From NCBI GenBank assembly GCA_964035545.1, contig OZ037765.1:28891504-28955503 (forward strand): DNA of 64,000 nucleotides, given 5' to 3'. Source of the DNA: Bugula neritina. Taxonomy: Eukaryota; Animalia; Bryozoa. The notes under the pieces are model-generated. The model saw only the letters and a list, made by a program, of their open reading frames with translations. It made no database searches and had not been told where the DNA came from. The position numbers and the translations under genes were made by a program. Shown piece by piece: positions 63,966-64,000 of the stretch; the stretch's first letter is position 1; every line of letters starts with the position of its first letter.

Positions 63966-64000
63966 TTTGTAGATCTAACGTAAAGCTTACAACTAAAAGT

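Overview
AT-rich, intron-containing animal genomic DNA, probably a ciliated invertebrate (the taxon is an inference). By manual exon assembly the window holds ten host genes that strictly alternate strand: 3' end of a C2H2 zinc-finger gene (+), FMC1 (-, absent from the ORF track), DNAAF5 (+), VWA3A (-), an E2F1/2/3-class gene (+), COA7 (-), LAMTOR2 (+), a 5-exon secreted Cys-rich, probably GPI-anchored gene (-), a 916-aa disordered orphan with a C-terminal 9-Cys cluster (+) and a nucleoside hydrolase (-). A decayed, internally deleted copy of the orphan follows. The centrepiece is a very young, full-length Ty3/Gypsy LTR retrotransposon at 4465-11965 (- strand). It has 305-bp LTRs differing at 1 nt, an ATAG target-site duplication, a tRNA-Leu PBS and a -1 frameshift signal. 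In the env position it carries an intact third gene that is not env: an ATG-less exon behind a strong splice acceptor, in phase with a donor inside gag. That exon encodes two zinc fingers, an Arg/Ser/Pro tract and a coiled coil. A probable solo LTR with the same ATAG duplication sits in another head-to-head promoter. All gene identities come from recognising motifs by eye; no database search was run.
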